Positions 31,235-41,528 are shown, counted from the first letter of the stretch. The stretch is DNA of 64,000 nucleotides from an uncultured Verrucomicrobiae bacterium (GCA_963788655.1 CAWBHS010000110.1:139299-203298), one strand, 5' to 3'. Notes: generated from the letters alone by a model not told the origin. A program made the numbers and translations.

Positions 31235-32968
31235 TCAGGGCAAAGTGGGTAACAACTCAAGAATGCGCGACACGGCGGTGCCGATCTTGGCGGTTTCCAA
31301 AACGTCGCCGCGGGGCTTCAATTCCACGACGCCTTTTTCCAGGGACTTCTCGCCAATGCCCACGCGGAGCGGAAAGCCGACCAATTCGGAATCCTTGAAC
31401 TTCACGCCGGGCCGTTCGTTGCGGTCGTCCAGGATCACGTCCACGCCTTGGGCGCCCAGTTCGGCGTAAATCTTTTCGGCCAGCTGCATGACCGGGCTGT
31501 CGGGCGCGACATTCAGCGGCGTGATGCAAACCACGTAAGGCGCGACGGTGAGCGGCCACATGATGCCGTCCTTGTCGTTGGCACTGCTCGATCACGGCCT
31601 GCAACGTGCGCGTGACCCCGATGCCGTAGCAGCCCATGACGCACGGATTGCTGCTTGCCTTGTTCGTCCAGGAACAGCGCGTTCAGTTTCTCGCTGTACT
31701 TGGTGCCGAGCTTGAACACATGGCCGACTTCGATCGCCCGCCGGATTTTGAGCGGCTTGCCGCAGTGGCGGCACAGGTCTCGCCGGCCTGGACCGTGCGC
31801 AAGTCGGCCCAGTGCGTCACCTGGATGTCGCGCTCGATGGCGACGTGGCGCAAATGAAAACCATCCTCGTTCGCGCCGGTGGTCATGTCCGGCGGCCTCG
31901 CGCAAGACGCTCGTCGGCATAAACTGTTCAGCCCATTGACTCCCACCGCGCCCAGGCTGCCGGGATGCGCGCCGAGCGCGGCGAAGATTTCCTCGGCTTC
32001 GGCGGGACGAAGCTGCGTCGTGCCCAGCACGCCGGTCAGCTTGGCTTCGTTCAAGCTGGTCGTCGCCGCGCAGCAGAACCAGCACCGGTTTGCTGTCGGC
32101 CATGTAAACCAGCGTCTTGATCTGTTGGTTCGGCCGCGACGTTGTACGGCGGCTTGCCAGCGCTTCGATGGTCGCCACGCCCGGCGTCGCAAACTTCTCG
32201 GCGCTGCGCCGGTGCCGGTTCGCGGGCGTGCGGCTTCAACGGACCCCGCTGGTGGCCTTTTCGACGATTGGCCGCGTAACCGCACGGCTTCGCAGATACA
32301 CCACTTCGTTCTCCCCGGTTTCCGCCGGCACCATGAATTCGTGCGAGAACTTGCCGCCAATCACGCCGGTGTCCGCCTCGACGGGAAAGGTCTTCAAGCC
32401 GCAACGTCGAAAGATGCGCACGTAGGCATCATACATCTTCTGGTAACTCACCTGCGCCGCCTCGTCGGTCACGTCGAAGCTGTAGGCGTCCTTCATGATG
32501 AATTCCTTGGCGCGCATCAGGCCGAAGCGCGGGCGGATTTCATCCCGGAACTTGACCTGGATCTGGTAGAAATTCTTCGGCAGTTGCCGGTAGGAATTGA
32601 TTTCGCCGGCCGCCAGCGTGGTGATGACTTCCTCGTGCGTCGGGCCCGAGCACCCATTCCTTCTTGGCGCGGTCGCGCACTTTGTAGAGCACGTCGGCCG
32701 CCGTCTCGTAGCGGCCGCTTTGCTGCCAGATTTCGGGCGGCTGCAAGCGCGGGCATGAGGACTTCGATGCGCGCCGGCCCGGTCCATTTCCTCGCGGACG
32801 ATTTGCTCGATCTTGTGCAGCGCGCGCAGCGCCCAGCGGCAGGAACGTGTAGAGGCCGCCGGTGAGCTTGCGGATCAGGCCGGCCCGCAGGAGCAGTTTG
32901 TGCGACAGGATTTCGGCGTCGGCCGGGGTTTCCTTGAGAGTGGGAATGAGTGTTTGAGTCCAGCGCAT
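31235..32968 (-). CDS. proS: Proline--tRNA ligase with editing insertion domain (many frameshifts, probably sequence errors)
   Basis: [97 protein letters not shown]. Confidence 0.93.
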
Positions 32969-33048
32969 GAGAAGAGGCGGTTGGCGAGGCGGAAGGGTTG
33001 CGACCGAGGCCCGGCCAGACCTTCAACCGTCGCCTGCTTGTTGACGGA

Positions 33049-33804
33049 TTACTTCACGGAGTTCACCAGCGGGGTGAGTCCCTGGATCCGCACTTCGAGA
33101 CGATCCCCGGATTCAATCGGGCCGATGCCGCTGGGCGTGCCGGTCAGGATGACGTCGCCCGGCAGCAAGGTCATATTGGTCGAGACGAAACTGACCAATT
33201 CGTAACAATTGAAAATGAGCTGACTGGTGTTGGAGTTCTGCCGCAATTGGCCGTTTTGGAAGAGTTGAATCGTCAGCTTGTGTGGATCGAACTTGGTTTC
33301 CACGTAAGGTCCCAGCGGAGTGAACGTATCGAACGATTTGCAGCGCGCCCATTGCCCGTCGGCTTCCTGGATGGTGCGGTCGGTGATATCTTGCGCCGCC
33401 GTGTAACCAAAGATGTAGCGGGCCGCTGCGGCGGAGGTCACGTTGCGCACGCGCCGGCCAATGACAATCGCCAGTTCGGCTTCATAGTCCGTGCGGTGGT
33501 TTGGGAAAGGGATTTCAATTTTGCCGCCGTCCGGCGTGAGGGAAGTGGGCGCTTTCAGCCAGAACAGGGGTTCCTTCGGCAATGGATTCTCGGTTTCGCG
33601 CGCGTGATCGGCGTAATTCAGCCCGACGGCGATCACCTTGGAGGCGTTCACCGGAGTCAAGGTTCGCAAGCCTTTGAACGGGGTGGGCTTCTTGTCGAAC
33701 GAAGGCGATCCAAACACATCGCCGCGCAGTCGAAACAATTCGCCGTCCACGACCTTCGCGTGGAAAATATCGTCGCCTTTTTGAAATCGCCCAATTGCTG
33801 CCAT
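33049..33804 (-). CDS. Fumarylacetoacetate hydrolase family protein
   Basis: SKVIAVGLNYADHARE, DYEAELAIVIG, KSFDTFTPLGP, TLLPGDVILTGTPSG. Confidence 0.93.
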   Translation of the reverse strand: MAAIGRFQKGDDIFHAKVVDGELFRLRGDVFGSPSFDKKPTPFKGLRTLTPVNASKVIAVGLNYADHARETENPLPKEPLFWLKAPTSLTPDGGKIEIPFPNHRTDYEAELAIVIGRRVRNVTSAAAARYIFGYTAAQDITDRTIQEADGQWARCKSFDTFTPLGPYVETKFDPHKLTIQLFQNGQLRQNSNTSQLIFNCYELVSFVSTNMTLLPGDVILTGTPSGIGPIESGDRLEVRIQGLTPLVNSVK

Positions 33805-34036
33805 AAATTTGTGGGGGAATTTGTAGCAAATTGGCTCATACCGTCGCAAGCTCTAAGTCCAAAACCACGCGAACGGCTCGGCGTCGATTGTGAAATGTCC
33901 TAACCGTCCACCTCGGCAAACCGCCGGTTTCACGCGGATTTTCCCGTCCCAATATCGCGCAAGGTCCGGTTCGTTTGCTGGTGCGCCCAAGCCATATCCA
34001 TTCAGTAGCTGGAGCAGCGATGACGCGATTTGGCGC

Positions 34037-34175
34037 GGTAGGAAAGGCGTCTCGCCGGTCTCGAATAGCCAAGCACATCCTCCCCTGATGGTGACCTGAA
34101 AAGATTTCCTACGCCGCGGTGCAAATCGATGGTTGGCAGTCGTTCGAGACAGGCGGGACGCCTGTCCTACTGAAT
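34037..34175. mobile_element. ~140-bp REPIN/MITE-like element, family D, copy 2 (inverted)
   Basis: GGTAGGAAAGGCGTCTCGCCGGTCTCGAA ... TTCGAGACAGGCGGGACGCCTGTCCTACTGAAT; reverse complement aligns along 20854-20992. Confidence 0.8.
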
Positions 34176-34280
34176 AGTCACGGCCAAGCGCATTGGACAC
34201 TATCCCGGCCAATTGTTTGCGGGGAGTCACTTGGTTCATTGATCAGGCGGGGAAACTACTGCGACTACTTCCCCTATTGG

Positions 34281-34340
34281 AAATAAAACCGCCGCCGCGG
34301 ACGCAGCCGTTTTACGGGCGTTTTGTCCGGCAGCGGCGGT
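34281..34340 (-). terminator. Probable intrinsic terminator of the 34373-34567 gene
   Basis: ACCGCCGC...GCGGCGGT stem followed by TTTATTT on the minus strand. Confidence 0.55.
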
Positions 34341-34372
34341 CTGCCTGTCACAATTCGGTTCTGATCCGGCGC

Positions 34373-34567
34373 CTATGACTGCGCTTCTTGGTGCTGCATC
34401 TCGGCGACCAGATCTTTTTCGGCGAGCACCCAATCCTCCAGCGTCAACTCTTCCCGTTCCAGTTTGTCCCGGTAAAGTTCATAGGCATGTTGACGAACCA
34501 TTGCCCGGGTCACGCCCGGCGTGAAGGTTTTCGGTTGTTCCGCTTTATTCTGCATCTTTGCTTTCAT
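34373..34567 (-). CDS. Small protein, DUF2934-like
   Basis: AGGAGA RBS; 'VRQHAYELY...EDWVLAEKDL' resembles the DUF2934 RAYxxW...DWxxAE pattern. Confidence 0.65.
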   Translation of the reverse strand: MKAKMQNKAEQPKTFTPGVTRAMVRQHAYELYRDKLEREELTLEDWVLAEKDLVAEMQHQEAQS

Positions 34568-34690
34568 CGTTGTTCTCCTTCCTGAGCCGTCTGATTAATT
34601 TTACCTAAACGTAATCCCCTTCGGGTCAGATGCAAAGGTGTCGGGTCAAAATTTTTCGCTCTGGACATACCGCGGTTTGGTCTGACCGCA

Positions 34691-35059
34691 TCAAAAGTTC
34701 GCCGGTGACAAGCCGATTCCCAAAATGCTGCAGGCTTGAACGATGTTCAAACCCAGGCGACTCGCCTCCGCCAGGACTGCTTCGGACTCGGCACCGGGAT
34801 TCAGCCAAAGTTCGTCGCACCCTTTGGCGGCAATTTGTGGCAACAGACGCAGCAGCGTTTGAGGCGGCACATAAACGCTGACGATCCCTGGCCGAAGCGG
34901 CAAGTCCACCACCGACTTGTAAGCGGCCAAACCTTCAATTTCGGTCGCCTGCGGGTTGACCGGGTAAACCGTATAACCCGCCTGCCGATACGCCCGAACC
35001 GCCTTGTTCCCGTATTTGGCGCGATTCGTTGAAGCCCCGATGATGGCAATTGTTTTCAT
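34691..35059 (-). CDS. CoA-binding protein (YccU-like)
   Basis: IAIIGAS...KYGN, VYPVNP, LWLNPGAES, ACSI. Confidence 0.88.
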   Translation of the reverse strand: MKTIAIIGASTNRAKYGNKAVRAYRQAGYTVYPVNPQATEIEGLAAYKSVVDLPLRPGIVSVYVPPQTLLRLLPQIAAKGCDELWLNPGAESEAVLAEASRLGLNIVQACSILGIGLSPANF

Positions 35060-35288
35060 GGGCTTTAATATGACTGAATACGTTCCGGCAGCAACGCGTG
35101 CTTCCCGCAGGCGCACCGAGGTGTTTCCAGTTTTGAGCGAATACTTGGTTGCCGTGCAAATGCATGCTATGATCACCCCCGCGAGATACGCTTCTGGGCT
35201 GAAAGATCGGCTCAAAATTAATCAAATTCGGGAGTTGACACCCGGTTGGGTTTTTGGTGGTATCTCCGTTCCTTTAGGCTAAAAAGTT

Positions 35289-35600
35289 ATGTACGCCGTC
35301 ATAGAAACTGGTGGAAAACAATATCGGGTCGCCCCCGGCGACACTTTGGAAGTGGAACGTCTGACTGCTGAGGCAGGGCAGCCGGTGACCTTTGAACGCG
35401 TTTTGTTTGCCGAGAACGAGGGGCAATTCTCCGTCGGCGCTCCCTCGCTGGCCAATGCCAGCGTGGTGGCCGATGTGGTGGAGCATTTCCGCGGCAAGAA
35501 GGTGACCTCCTTCAAAATGAAACGCCGCAAAGGGTATCATCGCACCATCGGGCACCGGCAGGAGTTAACGCGCGTGAAAATCGCGGAAATCAAGCTTTAG
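35289..35600 (+). CDS. rplU: 50S ribosomal protein L21
   Basis: [14 protein letters not shown]...KRRKGY...GHRQELT. Confidence 0.98.
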   Translation: MYAVIETGGKQYRVAPGDTLEVERLTAEAGQPVTFERVLFAENEGQFSVGAPSLANASVVADVVEHFRGKKVTSFKMKRRKGYHRTIGHRQELTRVKIAEIKL

Positions 35601-35605
35601 AAGTT

Positions 35606-35887
35606 ATGGCACATAAGAAAGGACAAGGCAGCTCACGTAATGGCCGGGACAGCAATAGCAAGCGTCTCGGGGTCAAACGGTTTGGCGGGGAACAAGTCAC
35701 CGCGGGCAGCATCATCGTGCGGCAGCGGGGTTCCAAATTTCACGCCGGCAAAAACGTGGGCACCGGTCGCGATTGGACGCTGTTCGCGTTGGTGGACGGC
35801 AAAGTCGCCTTCGACCGCGCCAACCGCCGGATTGCCGTGCAACCGATTTCGCCAGCCCAACCCGCGTCCGCTGGGGAAAACAACTAA
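35606..35887 (+). CDS. rpmA: 50S ribosomal protein L27
   Basis: [24 protein letters not shown]. Confidence 0.98.
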   Translation: MAHKKGQGSSRNGRDSNSKRLGVKRFGGEQVTAGSIIVRQRGSKFHAGKNVGTGRDWTLFALVDGKVAFDRANRRIAVQPISPAQPASAGENN

Positions 35888-35907
35888 GGTCGGCAATTTA
35901 ATTCTTC

Positions 35908-35938
35908 ATGGCGAGGTCATGGACCTCGCCATTTTTAT
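35908..35938 (+). terminator. Intrinsic terminator after rpmA
   Basis: ATGGCGAGGTC-ATG-GACCTCGCCAT stem followed by TTTTATT. Confidence 0.8.
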
Positions 35939-36070
35939 TGCGGGAACTGCTTGCCTCACGCTGGCCAACGAACGCAAACGGCGGTCAACGGCCAGGGAAA
36001 CGGTTGCCCCGGACAGATTGGGCGATTGAATCATGACCGCTGGGTGCTGCCAGCCTGAAACCTAACGCTC

Positions 36071-37252
36071 ATGTTTATTGATCAAATCAAGATATTCGCC
36101 CGGGCCGGCCACGGCGGCAAAGGTTGTGTGGCTTTCCTGCGTGAGACGTTTCGGCCCAAAGGCGGCCCCTCGGGGGGCAACGGCGGTCGCGGCGGCGACG
36201 TGATTCTGGAAGCCAACCACGACTTAAACAACCTGATTGCCCAGTTTTATCAACCCCGCCTGATCGCCCAAAAAGGCGAGCAAGGCATGGGCAAAGGCAT
36301 GGACGGCAAAGCCGGTAAAGATCTAGTCATCAAGGTTCCCTGCGGCACGCTGGTCTGGAAACGTCCGGGCAAAGAGCCCGCTGCGGAATCGCCTCCCCAG
36401 GAAACTCCGCCGGAATCCGATCCCCAGCATCTGCCCTTGAGCACCGGCCAACGGCCTTTGCTGCGCCATGCCGGCAGTTTGACCGCTGTAGAATACGATT
36501 TTTCTGCCGAAGGTGAAGACGCCGAAGCGCGGCAGGTCGATGCCGAAAAAGGCGAACTGGTGGCCGACCTCACCGAGCACGGTCAGCAGTTTGTGCTGTG
36601 CCAAGGGGGCCGTGGCGGATTGGGCAATCGGAATTTTGCCACTGCCACCCGCCAGGCGCCGCGGTTTGCGCAACCGGGCGAACCGGGCGATGAAGGAGAT
36701 TTTCTTCTGGAACTCCGGCTCATGGCCGAAGTGGGATTGGTCGGCTATCCGAACGCCGGCAAGTCCACGCTGCTGGCCGCCATTTCCCACGCACGACCGA
36801 AGGTTGCGCCTTATCCATTTACCACGCTGCACCCCCAGATCGGCATCGTCGAGTACGCCGATTTTCATCGGCTGACCGTTTGCGACGTGCCGGGCTTGAT
36901 TGAAGGCGCCCACCGCAACGTCGGATTGGGGCACGCGTTCTTGCGCCACTTGCAGCGATGCAAGGCGCTCGTGCTGCTGGTGGACATGGCCGGCACGGAC
37001 AACCGCGCGCCGTGGGACGACTACCGGCAATTGGTCCGCGAACTGGAACTGTATGACTCCAGCCTCTTGGAACGGCCGCGGTTGATCGCCGCCAACAAGA
37101 TGGATGAACCGGCGGCCGAGGAGAACTTGAAACAGTTCAAACGCCGGATTCGCAAAATGCCGGTGCTGCCCCTGTCGGCCGCCTTCGATGAAGGAATTGA
37201 ACCCTTCAAACTGGCCATCCGGGAAATGGTGGAGGCCGTGGCTTCGGACTAA
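36071..37252 (+). CDS. obgE: GTPase ObgE/CgtA
   Basis: Gly-rich OBG fold, GYPNAGKST, YPFTTL, DVPGLIEGA, NKMD, SAA. Confidence 0.97.
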   Translation: MFIDQIKIFARAGHGGKGCVAFLRETFRPKGGPSGGNGGRGGDVILEANHDLNNLIAQFYQPRLIAQKGEQGMGKGMDGKAGKDLVIKVPCGTLVWKRPGKEPAAESPPQETPPESDPQHLPLSTGQRPLLRHAGSLTAVEYDFSAEGEDAEARQVDAEKGELVADLTEHGQQFVLCQGGRGGLGNRNFATATRQAPRFAQPGEPGDEGDFLLELRLMAEVGLVGYPNAGKSTLLAAISHARPKVAPYPFTTLHPQIGIVEYADFHRLTVCDVPGLIEGAHRNVGLGHAFLRHLQRCKALVLLVDMAGTDNRAPWDDYRQLVRELELYDSSLLERPRLIAANKMDEPAAEENLKQFKRRIRKMPVLPLSAAFDEGIEPFKLAIREMVEAVASD

Positions 37253-37260
37253 GCGCTGGA

Positions 37261-38262
37261 TCAGACCCCGCCTTCCAATACCAACTTGCCGAATTGGCTG
37301 GAGGATTTCATTCGTTCGAGGGCCTGGTTGCCTTCGGCCAAGGGCAGCACTTCGTCAACGACTGGTTTAAGCTGATGCTGATTCACAAACTCCACCATCC
37401 TCTGGAATTCCTCCGGGGAACCCATGGTGGAGCCAATGAGATGGAGCTGCTTCCAGAACAGTTTGAACAAGTCGAGCCGGGGAGGCGGTCCGGCGGTCGC
37501 ACCGTAGTTTACGATCCGCCCACCCGGTCCCGCTACTTCCAACAAGCTTCCGTAACCAGGCCCGCCGGCGCTGTCGAGGATCATGTCCGCTGCGCCATAA
37601 ACGTTCTGAAATTCTTGGCCCCAACCTTCATTGGTGTAGTCGAAACCGGCCACGGCGCCCAGCTCAACCGCCCGCTGAATTTTGTGCGGCGAGGAAGAGG
37701 TCACCCAGACCTGTGCTCCCGCGGCCGCGCCGAATTGCAGTGCGAAACTGGCCACGCCACCGCCAATCCCGGTGACCAACAGTTTCTCGCCGGCTCGCAG
37801 TTTCCCCTGGGTAAACAGCGCCCGGTACGCCGTCAAGCCAGCCAGGGGAAGCGCGGCGGCTTCCGGCCAGCTCAAATGGGCCGGCTTGAGGTGCAACAGA
37901 GTGGCGGATACGATGATTTCCGTGGCGAACGTTCCGTCGTTCGGCATGCCCAAAATGTGGAAGTCGCTGCTTTGGGCGGCGGGATTCTGTCCCCATTCCA
38001 TGCCGGGGTTCAAGATGACTTCCTTCCCTTGCCATGAGCTTTCCACGGCGGGCCCGGTCTTGACCACCAAACCGGCGCCATCCGAGCCGAGAATGCACGG
38101 GGATTTGATGCCCGGATACTTTCCTTGGGTGATCCAATAATCGCGGCGGTTCAATGAGGCCGCCTTGAGTTGCACTACGACTTGACCTGCTTGCGGCGTT
38201 GGCGCTGGTCGCTCTTGCAGTTGAAGTGGTTGGTTGGTGCCGACAAAAACCAATGCTTTCAT
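37261..38262 (-). CDS. MDR-family (quinone oxidoreductase-like) dehydrogenase
   Basis: AASLNRRD, ILGSDGAG, AAALPLAGLTAYRAL, GIGGGVA, GSTMGS, QFGKLVL. Confidence 0.9.
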   Translation of the reverse strand: MKALVFVGTNQPLQLQERPAPTPQAGQVVVQLKAASLNRRDYWITQGKYPGIKSPCILGSDGAGLVVKTGPAVESSWQGKEVILNPGMEWGQNPAAQSSDFHILGMPNDGTFATEIIVSATLLHLKPAHLSWPEAAALPLAGLTAYRALFTQGKLRAGEKLLVTGIGGGVASFALQFGAAAGAQVWVTSSSPHKIQRAVELGAVAGFDYTNEGWGQEFQNVYGAADMILDSAGGPGYGSLLEVAGPGGRIVNYGATAGPPPRLDLFKLFWKQLHLIGSTMGSPEEFQRMVEFVNQHQLKPVVDEVLPLAEGNQALERMKSSSQFGKLVLEGGV

Positions 38263-38655
38263 ATTATTCCTTTCGCTTCACCGGTGGATTGTGCCATGGA
38301 ATCACCAGTGCCGGCGCACCGGGGACTCCCGAAAATCCGTTGCACCATTGCCAATGGTGCTAGGCTGAGCTTACTTCGGTTTGGGGGCAATTGGCAAACA
38401 ATGGGAGACGGATCGATACTCCATGAGCGATCCAAATTTCCACGGCTGCGACGATTGGTTCGAGGATGGGTTTTGATAACAGATTGGGCTGGCGTCCCGC
38501 CTATCCTGAAGTTGCCATGAACGTCGTTGGAGCTCCGGAACGGCATTTGTTGGTGGAGCGATTTTCCGCGGCGAGACAGTCGGGACGGATTTCCGTTCGT
38601 GGTGGCTGGCGAATCCAGCTTGCCCCGGCAGGCAATTTTAGACTACAACTGCGGC

Positions 38656-40134
38656 ATGGCCAAAGTCCTGGTAGTCGATGACGAAGTGACCATGATCCAA
38701 ATGGTGACTGAAATGCTTCGTTCACAAGGCCATGAAGTCATCCCCTGCAATAACGGCAATGCCGCGGCGGAATTGATTGAAACCCACAGCCCGGAGCTGG
38801 TGATTACCGACTTGAACCTCGAGAAGTCGCGCACCCAGGGACTCGACATCTTGCACAAAGCACGGTCGCTCAATCCGCCGGCCACCGTGATTGTGATCAC
38901 CGGCTTTGGCACTGTGGAAACTGCCGTCGAAGCGATGAAGATGGGCGCCTTCGATTACCTCGAAAAGCCGTTCAAAATGGAGGATTTTCGGCTCTGCGTC
39001 GAACGGACGTTGTCGTACAACCAGGCGATTTCCGAAAACGTCTATCTACGCAAGCAACTCCGCAGCAAGTTCCAATTCAACCGCATCATCGGCGCCTCTT
39101 CCAAGATGCAGGAAGTCTTTCGGATGATCGAGCGCGTGGCGGATACGGACAGCACGGTGTTGTTGCTGGGTGAGAGCGGCACGGGCAAGGAACTGGTCGC
39201 GCGTGCGCTGCACTTCAACAGTCGGCGCCAATTTGCGCCCTTTGTGCCCGTCAATTGCAGCGCGCTTCCGGAAAACCTGCTCGAATCCGAATTGTTTGGG
39301 CATCGCAAGGGCGCGTTTACCGGTGCGATCAACGACAAGAAGGGCCTGTTCCAGGAAGCCGACGGTGGTACCATCTTTCTGGACGAAATCGGTTCCATGT
39401 CGCCCCTGCTTCAAAGCCGTCTTTTGCGCGTGTTGCAGGATCGCGAAGTGCGGCGGGTTGGGGACAACACGCCCACCTACGTCAATGTGCGCGTATTGGC
39501 GGCCACCAATGAACCACTGGAAAAACGGCTCCGCGAAGGCACATTTCGCGAAGATCTTTACTATCGCATCAACGTCATTCCCTTGCAGTTGCCGCCATTG
39601 CGGGAACGGCTGGATGACATTCCACTGTTGGTTGGACATTTCTTGAAGAACAAACTTCACGTTCGTACCGGCCAACCGTTCAAGGTCACCCGACGGGCCA
39701 TGGAAGCTTTGGGAGCGTATCCGTGGCCCGGGAACGTGCGCGAGTTGGAAAATACCGTTGAGCGCACCTGCGCCTTGAGCGAAGACCACTTGGTCAAGGT
39801 GGCTGATCTGCCGCCGGCCATGCAAGAGGGTGCCCCCCCGGATAATGACGAATCCGAAACCGATACTGATGAAACCGTCCAACGCGTGGTTTCCGGGGCG
39901 GCAGGCGCCTCCACCCCGTCGAACGCCCCTTCGGCCGATGGGCCAGCTCAGGGCCCCATTGCGGCACCCAGCCCGATTTTGAAACCACTCAAAGACTTCC
40001 TACGGGAACAGGAAATGGCTTACCTGCACCGGGCTTTGACCCATACGAGTGGTGATAAGGAGCGGGCGGCTGAATTGCTGGGCATCAGCCTGGCCACGTT
40101 GTATCGCCGGTTGGCGGAAGCCGAGGAAGGATGA
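38656..40134 (+). CDS. Sigma54-dependent response regulator (NtrC family)
   Basis: Receiver domain (VVDDE, ITDL), GESGTGKE, ESELFGHRKGAFTGA, FLDEI, WPGNVRELEN, C-terminal HTH AAELLGISLATLYRR. Confidence 0.95.
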   Translation: MAKVLVVDDEVTMIQMVTEMLRSQGHEVIPCNNGNAAAELIETHSPELVITDLNLEKSRTQGLDILHKARSLNPPATVIVITGFGTVETAVEAMKMGAFDYLEKPFKMEDFRLCVERTLSYNQAISENVYLRKQLRSKFQFNRIIGASSKMQEVFRMIERVADTDSTVLLLGESGTGKELVARALHFNSRRQFAPFVPVNCSALPENLLESELFGHRKGAFTGAINDKKGLFQEADGGTIFLDEIGSMSPLLQSRLLRVLQDREVRRVGDNTPTYVNVRVLAATNEPLEKRLREGTFREDLYYRINVIPLQLPPLRERLDDIPLLVGHFLKNKLHVRTGQPFKVTRRAMEALGAYPWPGNVRELENTVERTCALSEDHLVKVADLPPAMQEGAPPDNDESETDTDETVQRVVSGAAGASTPSNAPSADGPAQGPIAAPSPILKPLKDFLREQEMAYLHRALTHTSGDKERAAELLGISLATLYRRLAEAEEG

Positions 40135-40142
40135 CCGGAGGG

Positions 40143-40225
40143 AAATCCGAACCCCCGAAATCCGAAAGCCGCTGGCATGAACGCGGAGGCAATCGGGGTG
40201 TTTTCGGATTTCGGCCTTCGGATTT
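40143..40225. repeat. Periodic AAATCCG/CGGATTT inverted-repeat element
   Basis: AAATCCGAACCCCCGAAATCCGAAA ... TTTCGGATTTCGGCCTTCGGATTT. Confidence 0.75.
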
Positions 40226-40315
40226 TTTGTTGTGATTTAGGCCAACCGATGTCCTACTATCCGCTTTCCTTCGCAGTTCGGCTGCGCAGGTTTGTGAACT
40301 TTAAGCTGAAATATT

Positions 40316-41281
40316 ATGCCACTGACACATACACGAGAACTGTTTGCCAAGGCGCTCAAAGGCAAATACGCCCTGGGCGCCTTCAACGTGAACAACATGG
40401 AACTGCTCCAGGCGATCGTTGAGGCCTGCGAAGAAGAAAAGGCGCCGGTGATCCTCCAGATTTCCAAGGGCGCCCGGCAGTATGCCAACCCGGTTTACCT
40501 CAAGAAACTCATCGAGGCCGCCGTCAGCCTGTCGAATATCCCCATCGCCGTGCATCTCGACCACGGCGATACGTTCGAGCTGTGCAAGGAGTGCATCGAC
40601 GAAGGCTTCACCAGCGTCATGATTGACGCCAGCCACGAGCCCTTCGAGAAGAATGCCGAAGTCTGCCGCAAAGTCGTCGAATACGCGCACAAACACAATT
40701 GCGTGGTGGAGGGCGAACTGGGCCAGTTGGTCGGCGCGCAGCTCGACGACGGCGAGGAAGGCGGCGGCTACTCCAAGGGCGGCCACTACACCCACCCGGA
40801 CGAAGCCGTGGAGTTCGTCAAACAGACCGGTGTGGACTCGCTCGCCGTCGCCATCGGCAACTGCCACGGCGCCTACAAATTCAAGGGCGAGCAGCACCTC
40901 GACCTCGAACGCCTGAAAGCCATCAAGAAGGCCCTGATGGATGCCGGACTGGGCGATTATCCGCTGGTCCTGCACGGCGCCTCCAGCGTGCCGAAGGACC
41001 TGGTGGAAGAAATCAATAAATACGGCGGCAAAATGGGCACCGATACCGCCGGCGTGCCCGAAGCCGACATCGAAATTGCCCGCCGCACCGGTTGCACCAA
41101 GGTCAACATCGACACCGACCTTCGCCTGGCGATGACCGCCGGCATTCGCAAGGCGTTCACGGAAAATCCCAAGCAGTTCGATCCGCGCAAATACCTGGGC
41201 CCGGCCCGCACCACGGTGAAGGAACTGGTGCGCCACAAGGTCAAAGACGTGCTCTGCTGCGCCGGCCACGCGTTTGATTAA
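40316..41281 (+). CDS. fba: Fructose-bisphosphate aldolase class II
   Basis: GAFNVNNME, HLDHG, SVMIDAS, VEGELG, LAVAIGNCHGAYK, LVLHGASSV, KVNIDTDLR, FDPRKYL. Confidence 0.95.
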   Translation: MPLTHTRELFAKALKGKYALGAFNVNNMELLQAIVEACEEEKAPVILQISKGARQYANPVYLKKLIEAAVSLSNIPIAVHLDHGDTFELCKECIDEGFTSVMIDASHEPFEKNAEVCRKVVEYAHKHNCVVEGELGQLVGAQLDDGEEGGGYSKGGHYTHPDEAVEFVKQTGVDSLAVAIGNCHGAYKFKGEQHLDLERLKAIKKALMDAGLGDYPLVLHGASSVPKDLVEEINKYGGKMGTDTAGVPEADIEIARRTGCTKVNIDTDLRLAMTAGIRKAFTENPKQFDPRKYLGPARTTVKELVRHKVKDVLCCAGHAFD

Positions 41282-41306
41282 ACCTCCTGCGAGTTAAAAT
41301 GGTTCG

Positions 41307-41337
41307 AGTGGCGGCCCCAAAGCCGCCACTTTTTTTT
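41307..41337 (+). terminator. Intrinsic terminator after fba
   Basis: AGTGGCGGC-CCCAAA-GCCGCCACT stem followed by a T run. Confidence 0.88.
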
Positions 41338-41382
41338 GGCTTGATCGCTGCCCATTCGGGGCCACGCGGCTCTACTGACCAG

Positions 41383-41512
41383 GAGCCTGTTCTTAAAACA
41401 GCTTCCTCGTAGCCGCCGACGTAAGGAGGCTCATTCTTGTCGCAAGCCGAGCGGTATTCCGATGGAATTTGAGCCTCCTTACGTCGGCTGCTACCAATCT
41501 TCAAACAGGCTC
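41383..41512. repeat. REP-like inverted doublet, family E
   Basis: Outer GAGCCTGTT/AACAGGCTC and inner GTAGCCGCCGACGTAAGGAGGCTCA/TGAGCCTCCTTACGTCGGCTGCTAC arms. Confidence 0.8.
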
Positions 41513-41528
41513 TGAGCGGAATCATAGG

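Noticed and set aside
35235..35266. TTGACA promoter for rplU
   Set aside because: The best -10 candidate lies 20 nt away, so coordinates cannot be supported, although a promoter is likely here.
38342..38360. Palindrome GCACCATTG-C-CAATGGTGC as an operator
   Set aside because: Single occurrence with no supporting context; could be chance.
38560..38655. Sigma54 promoter upstream of the NtrC-type gene
   Set aside because: GG to GC spacing in TGGCGAATCCAGCTTGC is 12 nt, not the required 10.
41290..41340. GGTTCGAGT as a tRNA T-loop
   Set aside because: No cloverleaf; the sequence belongs to the fba terminator.
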